Assembly (NCBI GenBank): GCA_016185945.1
Contig: JACPMR010000015.1
Location: forward strand, 7,256 to 71,255
DNA from: Candidatus Woesearchaeota archaeon
GTDB taxonomy: Archaea > Nanobdellota > Nanobdellia > Woesearchaeales > GW2011-AR4
Direction of reading: 5' to 3'
DNA: 64,000 nucleotides
The notes beneath the pieces were generated by a model. It searched no databases. It was not told the origin of the DNA and was given only the letters and a program-made list of their open reading frames with translations. Below are positions 45,163 to 56,015 of the stretch, in pieces (position 1 is the first letter of the stretch; every line of letters begins with the position of its first letter). The translations under genes and the position numbers were made by a program.

Positions 45163-45912
45163 TTATAAAAATTTCTTCAATAAATCAATTTCATTATGTG
45201 TATTATGTACCTCAAACCTTCTCAAATCAAAATAGCCATTGTGATGCGGAGTGTTTATCATAATTCCTCCAACCAATGCTATTTTTCCATTAAAATGATG
45301 TTTTAGGCTTTCTATAATTTTCATCATTGCTTCATCAACTAGCATGTAATTAACTTCAACTAATTCTTTGATATGATTTTGGGAAGAAATAATTCTATAA
45401 GCATGGGACAGCATCATTTTTTCAACTGAGTACTGCTCCATATCAAGAGCATCTTCAACTGGCTCATATTTCTTGCCGTTTTTCATTGACTCCTTATATT
45501 TGTTCAAAAACGAGATTGCTGCACCGCAAGCTGTTGATTCATGAAATTGATTTTCCCTTAGAACTTTTCCTAGTTCTCCTTTTGGTGAAATTCCTACATG
45601 AGGGCCATAAAGTATCACAAAATTAACTTCAGATTGGTTATTTGGTGCATGATGCGAAAATGCAGCAAAGCCTGTTTTTCCTCTGAATGGATATCCTGTC
45701 AAACCTCCCAATGGAAATTGATGCTCTCCATAATATGATTTGAAACTTGTTACATCTCTGTTTAACTCATCAGGGCAAGTTGAAAATCCAAATAAAGTAT
45801 TTTTTGGAGTGAATTGATGGGTTTTCATTAAAGTGTCTACAACTTCAATAGTCAATTTGTGCCCTTCAATTGCTTTTGGAAAATGCTTCAATAAAGTTTC
45901 CGTCATTATCAT
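45163..45912 (-). CDS. LCIB/DUF1445-like protein with a beta-carbonic-anhydrase-like Cys-His-Cys site (candidate)
   Basis: 249 aa; Cys46 (FSTCPDELNRD), His105 (YGPHVGIS), Cys129 (HESTACGAA); the spacing (about 59 and 24 residues) matches my recollection of the zinc ligands of LCIB-family beta-CA-fold proteins; sits between atpB/proteolipid-2 and atpD. Confidence 0.35.
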   Translation of the reverse strand: MIMTETLLKHFPKAIEGHKLTIEVVDTLMKTHQFTPKNTLFGFSTCPDELNRDVTSFKSYYGEHQFPLGGLTGYPFRGKTGFAAFSHHAPNNQSEVNFVILYGPHVGISPKGELGKVLRENQFHESTACGAAISFLNKYKESMKNGKKYEPVEDALDMEQYSVEKMMLSHAYRIISSQNHIKELVEVNYMLVDEAMMKIIESLKHHFNGKIALVGGIMINTPHHNGYFDLRRFEVHNTHNEIDLLKKFL

Positions 45913-45965
45913 TTTTTACAAAATATTAATTTGATTTTTTATTGGTCAATAATAAGTTCTAAAAC

Positions 45966-46137
45966 CATCAAGCAACCCTTTTTCTTCCAGATAGTGATAT
46001 GGGTGTCCCGCAGTAACAATTGCACTTGATTGCTTTGCTTTATAGTGCAACATTCAAAAGCGGTTTACTTTCAACGGCAAAGTCCGTTGACACCTTGTGG
46101 GCATAAAGCCACATTTACAAAAGTCGCTCTTGATTTG
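45966..46137. repeat. GC-rich intergenic repeat element, copy I
   Basis: CATCAAGCAACCC ... GATATGGGTGTCCCGCAGTAAC ... CAACGGCAAAGTCCGTTGACACCTTGTG (shared with copy K) ... AAAAGTCGCTCTTGATTTG (matches the copy A end AAAAGTCGCTCTCGGGATTG). Confidence 0.65.
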
Positions 46138-46255
46138 TTAGATTTTTATTAATTATTTTTTAATTAAATTATTTAATTTGTAATGAAATTATTCTTGTCA
46201 ATTCGTATTCTGGAAATATTACTAAAGTTACTCCCTTGTTTAAACAATCTTCTAC

Positions 46256-46507
46256 TTATATTCCGCCAGCCAAGTTCAATATCAATATGGCTATTACCAG
46301 CCCAAATATCACCAATGTTTCTGGTATTACGGTAAGGATTAACGCCTTACCAAACATCTCTTCCTTTTCAGCAGCTGCGCCTACAGCTGCAGCCCCTATC
46401 GTGCTTTCAGCTATTGCTGCTCCGATAGCACTTAAGCCTATGGCAATACCAGCCCCTATTGCTATTAAACCTGTTTCTATTGCCATTTTTTGCTCCGTTA
46501 TAAACAT
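46256..46507 (-). CDS. atpK: A-type ATP synthase proteolipid (c/K subunit), second paralog
   Basis: 83 aa, two TM helices, ALILTVIPETLVIFGLVIAILIL with the conserved ion-binding Glu; paralog of 52285..52512. Confidence 0.7.
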   Translation of the reverse strand: MFITEQKMAIETGLIAIGAGIAIGLSAIGAAIAESTIGAAAVGAAAEKEEMFGKALILTVIPETLVIFGLVIAILILNLAGGI

Positions 46508-46522
46508 AAAATTGTTCCGTTT

Positions 46523-47893
46523 TTACTTTATCTCCTTGTAATATTTCTTCCTCAATTCTGGGCTTATTCTTGTCAGTTCACTCTCTGGCAGCAATCCGAG
46601 TAGTTTCCAGCCCAAGTCAAGGGTTTCTGCAATGCTCCTTTCTTCATCCCTTCTTTGCCTTACAAACTTGTCCTCAAACTCGGCAGCTAATTTTAAAAAT
46701 TTTTTATCTCTTTCGCTCAATGCCTCTTCGCCAACAATCGCAACTAATCCGCGTAAATCCCTGCCTTCTGCATAAGCAGCATAAAGCTGGTCACTTACTT
46801 GCTTGTGGTCTTCTCTTGTTCTTGTTGGCCCAATGCCCAAATTCATTAACCTTGAAAGTGAAGGCAATACATCAATGCAAGGGTAAATTCCTTTCCTGTG
46901 CAGTTCTCTCAACAAAACAATTTGCCCTTCTGTAATATAGCCAGTCAAGTCAGGAATTGGGTGAGTAATGTCGTCTCCAACCATTGTTAAGATTGGAATT
47001 TGGGTAATGCTTCCTTTCTTTCCTTTGATTACTCCAGCCCTTTCATAAATTGTTGCCAAGTCAGTGTACATATAACCAGGGTAGCCCCTTCTCCCCGGGA
47101 TTTCTTCACGAGCAGCGCCAATTTCGCGAAGCGATTCGCAATAGTTAGTAATGTCTGTAAGAATGACAAGAACATGAGCGTCATGCTCGAATGCAAAATA
47201 CTCTGCGCAGGTCAAGGCCATTCTTGGTGTGACAAGACGCTCAACAGCCGGATCATTTGCAAGATTGAGGAAAACAACGCTTCTTTCAATTGCGCCTGTC
47301 TGCTGGAAATCGTTAATGAAGTACTGCGCTTCCTCGTTTGTTATGCCCATTGCAGCGAAAATAACGACAAAGTTTTCCTGCCTACCGACAACTTTTGCCT
47401 GGCGAGCAATCTGCAAAGCAATTTCATTATGAGGCAAGCCAGAGCCTGAAAACAAAGGCAGTTTCTGCCCCCTGACAAGGGTATTCATTGCATCTATTGT
47501 TGACAATCCGGTCTGTATGAAGTCATGCGGAGAAGCTCTTGCAAAGGGGTTTATTGCAGCGCCAATTATGTCTAATTTCTTTTCCGGTATTATTTCCGGG
47601 CCGCCATCAATCGGCTTGCCAGAGCCGCTTAAGACACGTCCAAGCATGTCATTTGAAACACTCAACTTTAAAGTGTCTCCCAAAAACTTGACTCTTGTAT
47701 CAATATCTATTCCAGCAGTTCCCTCAAACACCTGAACAACTACAATATCGTCGCTAGTATCAAGGACTTGCCCATTTTTTATTTCTCCATTAGGCAGAGC
47801 AATCTTAACAATATCGGCATATCCAATTGGCTCTGTCTTCTCTACAAAAATCAAAGGGCCTGCAACTCTTGTTATGGTTTTGTATTCCTTCAT
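46523..47893 (-). CDS. atpB: A-type ATP synthase subunit B
   Basis: 456 aa; [12 protein letters not shown] ... [16 protein letters not shown] ... canonical regulatory-subunit motifs. Confidence 0.9.
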   Translation of the reverse strand: MKEYKTITRVAGPLIFVEKTEPIGYADIVKIALPNGEIKNGQVLDTSDDIVVVQVFEGTAGIDIDTRVKFLGDTLKLSVSNDMLGRVLSGSGKPIDGGPEIIPEKKLDIIGAAINPFARASPHDFIQTGLSTIDAMNTLVRGQKLPLFSGSGLPHNEIALQIARQAKVVGRQENFVVIFAAMGITNEEAQYFINDFQQTGAIERSVVFLNLANDPAVERLVTPRMALTCAEYFAFEHDAHVLVILTDITNYCESLREIGAAREEIPGRRGYPGYMYTDLATIYERAGVIKGKKGSITQIPILTMVGDDITHPIPDLTGYITEGQIVLLRELHRKGIYPCIDVLPSLSRLMNLGIGPTRTREDHKQVSDQLYAAYAEGRDLRGLVAIVGEEALSERDKKFLKLAAEFEDKFVRQRRDEERSIAETLDLGWKLLGLLPESELTRISPELRKKYYKEIK

Positions 47894-48612
47894 GCTCTCA
47901 CTCTTAAAGTAAGTTCTAAAAAGTTGGTTAAAATTTTTTTTCTATTACGGCCATATTCTTCTTTTATGTTATTGAAATCTTCCCTTAAAGAATCTGCATT
48001 AACAGACTTCAAATCAGGGTCTTTTAGTATCCACTCATCAAGCAGAGAGCCGGTTAATTCCAAATGCCCTTGAAACCCATAAGCACTTCCTCCAACTTTT
48101 ATAACTTGGTTTTTGCAATATTTTCCAGTTGCCAATAACGACATACCATGCCCTAGTTTTACAGTTTCGCCATGTAAGTGGAATATTCTCATGGGCGATT
48201 TAATTCCTTTAAAGATTTGGTCATTTTTGCCTTCGTCTGTTAACTCCATTTCAAAATAATTTCCTTCAGGATCCCTCCATCCAATTTCTTTTATGAAATT
48301 TTTGTGAACCTCACCACCCATAGCCTTTACTAATGTTTGTGCACCCAAACAAATCCCTAAATAGGGCAGTCCAAAATTAACTGCCTCCCTGATTCTTCTA
48401 ATTTCATTTTTCATTTTGAGTGTGCTGTCATTTGCACTATCCGGACCACCCAAAACAATCAGTGACATATAATCAGTAGGGTCTGGAAAAATTTGCCCTT
48501 TGCTTAAGTCGAATATATCATAAGGGATATCGTTTTCCTTTAAGATAGCCTCTATAAATCCAGGGCCTTCCCTGTCAATATTTTTTACAATCAAAACTTT
48601 TTTTCCATTCAA
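47890..48612 (-). CDS. class I glutamine amidotransferase (GATase1-like, stand-alone), inserted between atpA and atpB
   Basis: 240 aa; nucleophile elbow GICLGAQ, C-terminal FQGHLE (His/Glu of the triad); start and stop codons overlap atpA and atpB. Confidence 0.75.
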   Translation of the reverse strand: MNGKKVLIVKNIDREGPGFIEAILKENDIPYDIFDLSKGQIFPDPTDYMSLIVLGGPDSANDSTLKMKNEIRRIREAVNFGLPYLGICLGAQTLVKAMGGEVHKNFIKEIGWRDPEGNYFEMELTDEGKNDQIFKGIKSPMRIFHLHGETVKLGHGMSLLATGKYCKNQVIKVGGSAYGFQGHLELTGSLLDEWILKDPDLKSVNADSLREDFNNIKEEYGRNRKKILTNFLELTLRVRA

Positions 48613-50333
48613 ACCTTCAACTCCTTTTCCATCTGGAGTGTTATTTCCTCAAGCAATTTTTCATAGTCTTTGGCGAATTTGACTTCGCTCAGCCTGTCTT
48701 TTGATTTTGTTGCAAGTATCTGATGAACTCTAACTCCCCCGTCCATTGCTCTATTGCCAAGTTTTGAAAAATGAGAGATTGCCTTCATAATCCTGTATGT
48801 TTTTTTCAAGTCACAGTAAGTGTCGATTTCGTGGAATGCATTCTGCTGCAATAAGACTTCTCTGATTAATCTCGCAACCTGCAAAACCAATTGTTGCCTT
48901 TCAGGCAAAGCATCTGAGCCGACAAGTTGGACAATCTCAAGCAGTTTTTCCTCTTCCTGCAAAATGCTCATCATCTCTCCAACCAAAACATGCCAGTCAC
49001 CTGCAATATGCTTTGCATACCATGGCTGTAATGTTCCCAAATACAATGAATAAGATGTGAGCCAATTTATTGACGGAAAATGCCTTCTTTGAGCAAGTTT
49101 TGCATCAAGAGCCCAGAAGCATTTTGTAACTCTTAAAGTGCTTTGTGTGACTGGCTCTGAAAAGTCGCCGCCAGGAGGTGAAACCGCTCCGATAATGCTG
49201 ACACTTCCTTCTTTCTTTGTTCCAAGAGTGATTACTCTGCCTGCACGTTCATAGAATTGCGCCAATCTTGTGGATAAATAAGCAGGATAGCCCTCCTCGC
49301 CAGGCATTTCCTCTAATCTTGATGAAATTTCCCTCATTGCTTCTGCCCATCTTGATGTTGAGTCAGCCATCAATGCAACTGAATACCCCATATCCCTGAA
49401 GTATTCTGCAATTGTAACTCCTGTATATACACTTGCTTCTCTTGCTGCAACCGGCATGTTGCTTGTGTTTGCAATAAGAACGGTTCTGTTCATCAATGGC
49501 TTACCGCTTCTTGGGTCTATCAGTTCAGGAAACTCTGTAAGAACTTCTACCATTTCATTTCCTCTTTCGCCGCAGCCGACATAAACTATGATATCTGCGT
49601 CAGACCATTTTGCAAGCTGTTGCTGTGAAACCGTCTTTCCAGCTCCAAACGGTCCAGGAATCGCTGCTACGCCTCCTTTTGCCAGTGGGAATAAAGAATC
49701 AAAAATTCTTTGCCCTGTAATCAATGGGAATTCTGGCTTCAGCTTTGAACTCACTGGACGGGCAATTCTTACAGGCCAATTATGCTTTAGGCGAAGCTCA
49801 AATCCATTGTCGAGCTTTCCAATGACGTCGTTGACTGTGAATTTTCCAGATTTAATCTCAATAATCTTTCCTTTTTGGTTTGGTGCCACCATAACTTTAT
49901 GCATAACGCCCGGGTTTTCTTCAATTTCGCCAATAATCTGTCCTGCATTAACTGAGTCGCCATTTTTTACAACTGCCTTGAAATCCCATTTCTTTGATTG
50001 GTCAAGTCCAGGAGCATCAACGCCTCTTTTGATGAAATCCCCCATCTGCTTAATCAAGACAGGCAAAGGCCTTTGGATTCCATCATAAATGCCACCAAGC
50101 ATTCCTGGGCCAAGCTCAACCTTCAACGGCTCGCCTGTGTTTACAACTGGCTCGCCTGGCTTGATTCCAGAAGTGTCCTCATAAACCTGAATGATTGCCT
50201 TTTCCCCTTCAATCTGTATGACTTCACCCATCAAATTTTCATTACCAACTCGGCATACATCATACATTCTCGGCTTTATGCCTTTGGCTACAACAACAGG
50301 GCCTGCAATCCTGTATAAAATTCCTTTGTCCAT
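48609..50333 (-). CDS. atpA: A-type ATP synthase catalytic subunit A
   Basis: 574 aa from [14 protein letters not shown]; Walker [23 protein letters not shown]; no intein-sized insertion. Confidence 0.9.
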   Translation of the reverse strand: MDKGILYRIAGPVVVAKGIKPRMYDVCRVGNENLMGEVIQIEGEKAIIQVYEDTSGIKPGEPVVNTGEPLKVELGPGMLGGIYDGIQRPLPVLIKQMGDFIKRGVDAPGLDQSKKWDFKAVVKNGDSVNAGQIIGEIEENPGVMHKVMVAPNQKGKIIEIKSGKFTVNDVIGKLDNGFELRLKHNWPVRIARPVSSKLKPEFPLITGQRIFDSLFPLAKGGVAAIPGPFGAGKTVSQQQLAKWSDADIIVYVGCGERGNEMVEVLTEFPELIDPRSGKPLMNRTVLIANTSNMPVAAREASVYTGVTIAEYFRDMGYSVALMADSTSRWAEAMREISSRLEEMPGEEGYPAYLSTRLAQFYERAGRVITLGTKKEGSVSIIGAVSPPGGDFSEPVTQSTLRVTKCFWALDAKLAQRRHFPSINWLTSYSLYLGTLQPWYAKHIAGDWHVLVGEMMSILQEEEKLLEIVQLVGSDALPERQQLVLQVARLIREVLLQQNAFHEIDTYCDLKKTYRIMKAISHFSKLGNRAMDGGVRVHQILATKSKDRLSEVKFAKDYEKLLEEITLQMEKELKV

Positions 50334-50334
50334 T

Positions 50335-50634
50335 TTATCTCCACAAATCAACCCCTATTGATTTTTTTATTAACCTTTTAAGGCTGTCCTGCTCAGTTTT
50401 TGTTGATACAGGAATGAAAACAGGGTCAACAGATGCCTCTATTTCAAGCCTTTCATGCATGTCAAGAGCATCCATTATTTTTTCATCAACAACCACAATT
50501 CCTATGTCTTTCCTATTTTTCATATGCTTCAATTCATTATAGTAATTGCCAGTCAATTCTATGGTGTCCTTTATGCCTGCTAACTGAAAACCAACCACGA
50601 ATTCGCTGCCTCCGACAACTGCGATTTTTACCAT
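50335..50634 (-). CDS. atpF: A-type ATP synthase subunit F
   Basis: 99 aa; [21 protein letters not shown] typical of AtpF. Confidence 0.75.
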   Translation of the reverse strand: MVKIAVVGGSEFVVGFQLAGIKDTIELTGNYYNELKHMKNRKDIGIVVVDEKIMDALDMHERLEIEASVDPVFIPVSTKTEQDSLKRLIKKSIGVDLWR

Positions 50635-50635
50635 C

Positions 50636-51733
50636 TTAATAAACCAATTGACTTTCGATAAATTCTTCGCTTAGCCCAAGCTGTTTGCCTTTAACAATCA
50701 CCTTCAAATTTCTGACTTCGATATCTTTTGCAAACATATAGCCAAGGATAACATCAACCGTTAATGGATGCTGGTGCGTAAATAAAATTAATTGCTTCAG
50801 CAAGTATTTGTAAAGTTCTGTCTCAAGCACTATCAATGAGTTGCTTTTCTTGAATTCCTCAATGCCTTTTGCAACCAAACTGCCGTATTCAGTTTTACCC
50901 AATGCCTTTGAAAGTTCGTCTAGATTATCAACATCCGCCAAGGATGTGATTTTCGAGTCTCTTAAATAATCACCCGTTGGAATAATAAAATTCTTTACAA
51001 CGTCTTTGCCCAGCTTTGCCTTTTTCATCCTCAGCAATGTTAACAGGTTCAATACCTCAACTTCTTTAAGCAAGAAGTTTTTGAATAATGCTTCTTCTTT
51101 CGGAAGAATTTTTGAAAATTGAATCAAATGACTGTAATAATATTTGTCAAACGCATTTTCTACACTCACTAGATTATTCTTTTCGCGAAAGTCCTTTAGG
51201 GCGTCTTGTAACAATGAAAAATCCACAATTCCATTGCCTTTTAAAATTTCTTCAATAGAGTCCTTTTTCAAAAGGTTTGTCAGAAAATCGTAGCTCAATG
51301 TGCCTGCAGCTGTTATGGAACTTAAGATAATCTTTTCACTTGCATTTGTAAATTTTCCCCTCAGTATGGTTTTGATATCCTCGATATCCTTTCTTTTTAT
51401 ATACTCCTTAACAAGCAATGCCAGCTCCTCGGAGGATATTCTTATCAATTTCTTAAATGACCCAGAAAGATTTCTGTTCAATGCAAGCTCCAACAAATCC
51501 GCTCCCGAGTATTCCCTGGCTAATTCATTGATTTCTTTTTTGTAATGTGATTCCTGAAGAAATTTTGCAATTTCGCTGAAGCTCATCTTGAGCATTTTCA
51601 AGTAGTCGTCCCTTCTAAAAAGCAAAGCCCTCATTACAACAGTCCTTACATAAGTGTAAGGATAAAAGCCAAGCCTTATCTTCCTCCTCAGTTTTTGTCC
51701 TTCAGCCAGTTTTGATTTTAACATTTTAACCAA
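50636..51733 (-). CDS. atpC: A-type ATP synthase subunit C
   Basis: 365 aa helical protein between atpE and atpF; N-terminal YPYTYVRTVVMRALLF as in AhaC/subunit d. Confidence 0.7.
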   Translation of the reverse strand: MVKMLKSKLAEGQKLRRKIRLGFYPYTYVRTVVMRALLFRRDDYLKMLKMSFSEIAKFLQESHYKKEINELAREYSGADLLELALNRNLSGSFKKLIRISSEELALLVKEYIKRKDIEDIKTILRGKFTNASEKIILSSITAAGTLSYDFLTNLLKKDSIEEILKGNGIVDFSLLQDALKDFREKNNLVSVENAFDKYYYSHLIQFSKILPKEEALFKNFLLKEVEVLNLLTLLRMKKAKLGKDVVKNFIIPTGDYLRDSKITSLADVDNLDELSKALGKTEYGSLVAKGIEEFKKSNSLIVLETELYKYLLKQLILFTHQHPLTVDVILGYMFAKDIEVRNLKVIVKGKQLGLSEEFIESQLVY

Positions 51734-52271
51734 GTAATATGCTGCTTATATGCTGCAATTCTTTGTCTTTTACATTCTGAAGCAAAACCTCAAAGCTGTA
51801 ATCCACTCTTATTGTTTTGTCCTTGTTCTCTGCTATCAGGCCGCCAATAATATCGACAGGCTCGGCATTAAGTCCCTTAAAGAACTTCGTGTCCCTTTTG
51901 TTGCAGTAAAAATACTCTGCCTCGATGTCGTTTTTTGCTTTTTCAAGCAATTTTTTAGCGTACTGCTCTCTCTTTTTGTCGTCCAAGCTTTCAAGCCTTC
52001 TATTAGCTTCATCAAAAACTTCATCAACAGCTTGCTTCTTGACGTCAAGAATCATTTTTTTGTTAGTGAGTTCTGCTGAGATTGTTTCCTGTCTTTTAAG
52101 TACTTCAATCATTTTTTTTGTTTCTGCTTCGCTTTTTTCCCTCATTTCCTCTATTTTCTTCTCAGCTTCCCTCAGCACCCGGTTAGCTTCCTTTCTAGCT
52201 CCGGCTATCAAAGCCACTGACTCTTCTTCAGCATGCTTAATAATTTCTTCCTTTATTTTTTCAATTCCCAT
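51726..52271 (-). CDS. atpE: A-type ATP synthase subunit E
   Basis: 181 aa; N-terminal charged coiled coil and C-terminal globular domain; operon position after the proteolipid. Confidence 0.7.
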   Translation of the reverse strand: MGIEKIKEEIIKHAEEESVALIAGARKEANRVLREAEKKIEEMREKSEAETKKMIEVLKRQETISAELTNKKMILDVKKQAVDEVFDEANRRLESLDDKKREQYAKKLLEKAKNDIEAEYFYCNKRDTKFFKGLNAEPVDIIGGLIAENKDKTIRVDYSFEVLLQNVKDKELQHISSILLG

Positions 52272-52284
52272 ATTTTGCTCAAGC

Positions 52285-52512
52285 TTAATACTTAAGCGTC
52301 AGTATCAATATTGACACGACTAGCCCGAAAATGACAATTGTTTCTGGTATTACAGTAAGGATTAATCCCTTACCGAAGAGCTCTTCCTTTTCGGCCATTG
52401 CACCGATTGCAGCAACGCCTATGTTCTTTTCAGCCCATGCTGCCGCAAATGCGGAACTAGCAAGCGCTATTGCAGAGCTCAATGCCAAAAGCCCACTACT
52501 CAATTCAACCAT
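52285..52512 (-). CDS. atpK: A-type ATP synthase proteolipid subunit K (c)
   Basis: 75 aa, two TM helices, GLILTVIPETIVIFGLV with the conserved Glu. Confidence 0.8.
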   Translation of the reverse strand: MVELSSGLLALSSAIALASSAFAAAWAEKNIGVAAIGAMAEKEELFGKGLILTVIPETIVIFGLVVSILILTLKY

Positions 52513-52526
52513 TTTTCTTTACCTCC

Positions 52527-54395
52527 TCAATTTTGTTTTTTGATTCCAAATGGCACATATTTGCTTGCGCCACCATGGAAAAATTTTGAAAAAAACTCAA
52601 CATAATGCAATCTTAATGAATGCAAAAAGCTTCCCAACAAACCCAAGCCAATGTTGATTATGTGTCCAATTAAAAGTATTATTACTCCAAATAATATCAT
52701 GACAGGGCTGCCGTGAAAGAACTGCTCGCTTTGGTGGTTTATCACCATGGCTAATTGCACTGAGCTTACTCCTATTGCCATAAGTCGCGCATATGATAGG
52801 GTATTGCTAAATAAACTTGGGATTTCTATTGGCCCTCTAACACCCTCTCCTTTGTAAAGCATTAAGATGATTATTATAAACAGTAATATAATACCTATAA
52901 CAAGATTTAACAGGTTAATTAATGAATTTATATATAAATACAAAAGCAACACGAGTCCAATTTGTAATATAAACCAACTTCCTTTTGCATAAATCGCATG
53001 CACAAGTCCGTGGGATTTAAACTCGTTTATAAATCCTAGCGTAAATCCAATGTTAAGGTGCACTACCCCTATGCCAATTGCTATGTAAAGCAAAGGCATT
53101 AACTCGTGTGACCTGCTCAGCAAATGGGGTATTTCTCTTCCAAACAATTCCTCAAAACCAAAGAACTCGCCAAAAATTAAGCCAAAAATCATTGTTGAAA
53201 GTGACGCCAGAATAAAGATATTGAAGAAATGCCTTGCTTTTGGAATCATTTTTTTAAGCACCAAAGCGATAATCAATGTCACAAGTCCATAGCCAAAATC
53301 ACCAAGCATGAATCCAAATAGGATTGGAAATGTCAAAAACAGGAAGAATGTGGGATCAAGTTCTTTGTATAAGGGCATTGTGTAAAGATTCATAAGGACC
53401 TCGAATGAATTTATTAGCTTTGGATTTTTAAGCTTTATTGGAACTTTGTCGTGCTTCTTGGCCGGCTCGAAATGCACTAAAATTTTGTTTTTTGTCGCTG
53501 TTTTTAATCTTTCTATAGATTTGCTTAAATCGTCAGTTGGAATCCATCCTTTGATGAGAAAACTGCTGGGTGTTGATGCAAACATCAAAGGAGCTTCTGC
53601 TTTTTCCAGCTCTATCCTTAAGAATTTGTCTGCTGCCAGCAAAAAGCTTTCGTATTCATTGCTTAATTTTTCAAGATTTTTTTTGACGCTTTCTATTTTA
53701 TTGTGAAGCTTTGAGATTTCCTCTTCAATTTTACTCAAATTGCTTAGCGCAGTTCCTTTGAAATCGCTTATATGTATAAAGTTTAGAGGCAAAAATCCTG
53801 CTTTTTGCAAAAACTGGATTATTTGCTCTTTCTTTTTAACATCAACAAATAAAACTATGAAAATGCCTTTTTGTGTTGCGCTGTCAAACAGCATGAATTC
53901 ATTTGTTATTTTTGACAATTCTTCTCTTAGTGTCAAGATGTATTTTGACTTGATGTATCCGATAAAATAAGCCAGTGATTTATAAGAGATAAAATATTCA
54001 AGAGGAACATTGACATCTTTTAGAATTTCCAGCTCTTGCTTTACAGCGTCTTTTTTTGCCAATTGCTCTTCTATACTCTTCAGTCCCTCTAAATTTTTGG
54101 TTACCTCATCGCTGAGCTTTTTCGTTGTTGATTCTATCTCCAAAAGACTCTTTTTAAGCTTGAATGTGGCTTCTTCCTGCTTAATGTTTAATGTAGAGAT
54201 TAACGCTCTTATTTTGACTAGAATTTCAGAAAGTTTGCTTGCACTCTCCAATGGCTTGCCTATGTCTGCTAATTTGCTTTTGGAGTGCTCAACGATGTGG
54301 AGTATTTTCATATCATGAAGTTCTTTAACAGCAGTCTCTTGCACATTGTTTGGGCCTGCTATTATTACCCTGCTCATCCGGTAAGGAGCCAGCAT
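52527..54395 (-). CDS. atpI: A-type ATP synthase subunit I (a-subunit homolog)
   Basis: 622 aa; about 330-aa N-terminal soluble coiled-coil domain then 7-8 TM helices with the conserved Arg-containing helix (LSYARLMAIG). Confidence 0.8.
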   Translation of the reverse strand: MLAPYRMSRVIIAGPNNVQETAVKELHDMKILHIVEHSKSKLADIGKPLESASKLSEILVKIRALISTLNIKQEEATFKLKKSLLEIESTTKKLSDEVTKNLEGLKSIEEQLAKKDAVKQELEILKDVNVPLEYFISYKSLAYFIGYIKSKYILTLREELSKITNEFMLFDSATQKGIFIVLFVDVKKKEQIIQFLQKAGFLPLNFIHISDFKGTALSNLSKIEEEISKLHNKIESVKKNLEKLSNEYESFLLAADKFLRIELEKAEAPLMFASTPSSFLIKGWIPTDDLSKSIERLKTATKNKILVHFEPAKKHDKVPIKLKNPKLINSFEVLMNLYTMPLYKELDPTFFLFLTFPILFGFMLGDFGYGLVTLIIALVLKKMIPKARHFFNIFILASLSTMIFGLIFGEFFGFEELFGREIPHLLSRSHELMPLLYIAIGIGVVHLNIGFTLGFINEFKSHGLVHAIYAKGSWFILQIGLVLLLYLYINSLINLLNLVIGIILLFIIIILMLYKGEGVRGPIEIPSLFSNTLSYARLMAIGVSSVQLAMVINHQSEQFFHGSPVMILFGVIILLIGHIINIGLGLLGSFLHSLRLHYVEFFSKFFHGGASKYVPFGIKKQN

Positions 54396-54396
54396 T

Positions 54397-54738
54397 TTAT
54401 ATAGTTTCCTCGAACTTTTTCATTACAAACTCGACAGCTTTTGCTTTGTTTTTTTCTGTCTTTGCCTTTAACTGCTTTGCTTGCGCTTTGCCTTCTGCCA
54501 TTTTTTCTTCTGCAACAAGTTTTAGCTTTTCTCTGAAATCCGCCAGCTTTTTTTCCTGCCCTTTTCCAATTTCCCCCTCTTTTTCTGTAATTAATCTTGA
54601 AGAATTTCTAGATGCTTCTCGCAAGATTGACTCGCTTTCCCTTTTGGCTCTTTCTATTATTTCGTCTGCCTTTTTCTCTGCTTCCTTGATTTCCAGCAAA
54701 ATCTCTGCTTCCTGTGAATTTTTTGATTCGGCTTCCAT
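54397..54738 (-). CDS. atpH: A-type ATP synthase subunit H
   Basis: 113 aa highly charged coiled coil (EAEKKADEIIERAKRE ...), first gene of the operon. Confidence 0.6.
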   Translation of the reverse strand: MEAESKNSQEAEILLEIKEAEKKADEIIERAKRESESILREASRNSSRLITEKEGEIGKGQEKKLADFREKLKLVAEEKMAEGKAQAKQLKAKTEKNKAKAVEFVMKKFEETI

Positions 54739-55020
54739 TTTTATCTCGAGAGCAAATTGGCTTTTTCGAGCGTCTTAATAAAATATTCTATTTGTTATAG
54801 GGAAAACATTTGTAAATAACAAATATAAAATACTTACTATATATTTTTCTTATTTTATATTTGGGTTTTATTTTTTAACAAAGCTATGTTCTTTTGAGCC
54901 ATGTCTTTTGAGCAATTTGTGCTTTATGCAAAGTATTTTGCGGCATTAATAGCCGGTATTATCATAGGAAGGCTAACAATGGCTATACAATATGCTCTTA
55001 TAAAGCCGAAGCCCAAATAG

Positions 55021-55893
55021 TTATCTTTCTATCTCTTTTGTGATAGCCCAGTCTGTGATTACCTCTGCTATAGTTGTCAATGAATTCCTTATCCTTTCCA
55101 TATCATAATACTTTATGTCTTTAACCTCAAAATTCCCAATTTTGCTGACTTTTTTTATGAATTGCAGTGCTGTTTTGTGGTTTAGGGTGTTAGTATTCTC
55201 TATTATGCTTTGAAGCTGATCAATCACATCATAAATCTTATTCAGAAATTCCAGTTCCTTGTTGCTTATCCTGATTAAATGGTCAACCGTCCTTTCCAAA
55301 TCTTTGGAGATTAAAGAGATATAATACAAATCAATTGTTTTAAGCTTTGTTACTCTTTCAAAAGCCAATGAGCTAATAATTGATTTCTCAATAATCATCT
55401 TAATTCTGTCAATCTCGTCTTCGTACCTTTCAATAAGCTCCTTGTCATAGCTCTTCTGCATTACTGTTATCATGTTCTTTATCTTCTTTACCATTGTCTT
55501 GAGCAATGACTCTGGATCGCTAATGGAAACAGCGCCATGGCATGTTATCTGCTTCTTGTCAATTTCGACTGATTCCAGGCTGATTAATCGCTTCTGGTTG
55601 AGAAGTTTTGTGAAGTCCATTTCCTTTTCAAGGTTAATTTCAAATGAGCTTGCAGGATTGACATAGCAAGCAACTACGAGCTTATGTATAATGTCTTGGT
55701 CGTCTTCTGAAATGCTGAATTTCAAATGTTTTAGTTTTTTTTCAATAATGTGCGGAGAAACAATTAAAGTGCCGTCGCTGCTCTGCTCTATGCTTACCTT
55801 TGACTTTGAGCCTATTTTATGCTCTCTGCACCACAATGTAGGCAAATAGAGGTAATGCATGTCGCCTGTCTTCTGCACATTTCTAACTTCCAT
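55021..55893 (-). CDS. regulator with N-terminal AbrB/SpoVT-like domain and C-terminal PhoU-like helical repeats
   Basis: MEVRNVQKTGDMHYLYLPTLWCREHKIG (swapped-hairpin-like) followed by about 200 aa of helical repeats as in archaeal PhoU-type phosphate-uptake regulators. Confidence 0.4.
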   Translation of the reverse strand: MEVRNVQKTGDMHYLYLPTLWCREHKIGSKSKVSIEQSSDGTLIVSPHIIEKKLKHLKFSISEDDQDIIHKLVVACYVNPASSFEINLEKEMDFTKLLNQKRLISLESVEIDKKQITCHGAVSISDPESLLKTMVKKIKNMITVMQKSYDKELIERYEDEIDRIKMIIEKSIISSLAFERVTKLKTIDLYYISLISKDLERTVDHLIRISNKELEFLNKIYDVIDQLQSIIENTNTLNHKTALQFIKKVSKIGNFEVKDIKYYDMERIRNSLTTIAEVITDWAITKEIER

Positions 55894-56015
55894 ATATTTA
55901 GTAAGTACTTAGGCAGTATTTATAAAACTTTTGCATTATTTGTTGATTTATTTTCTATATAGAAGAATAATATATAAGAATAAAGTTTTTATACACAAAA
56001 ATCTTTTAATTAGTT

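Noticed and set aside
48609-50351. Possible intein in the A-ATPase catalytic subunit or in CDC48
   Set aside because: AtpA is of canonical length (~575 aa) with contiguous Walker A/B blocks. The CDC48 extra length is in charged low-complexity lid insertions without intein splice-junction motifs.
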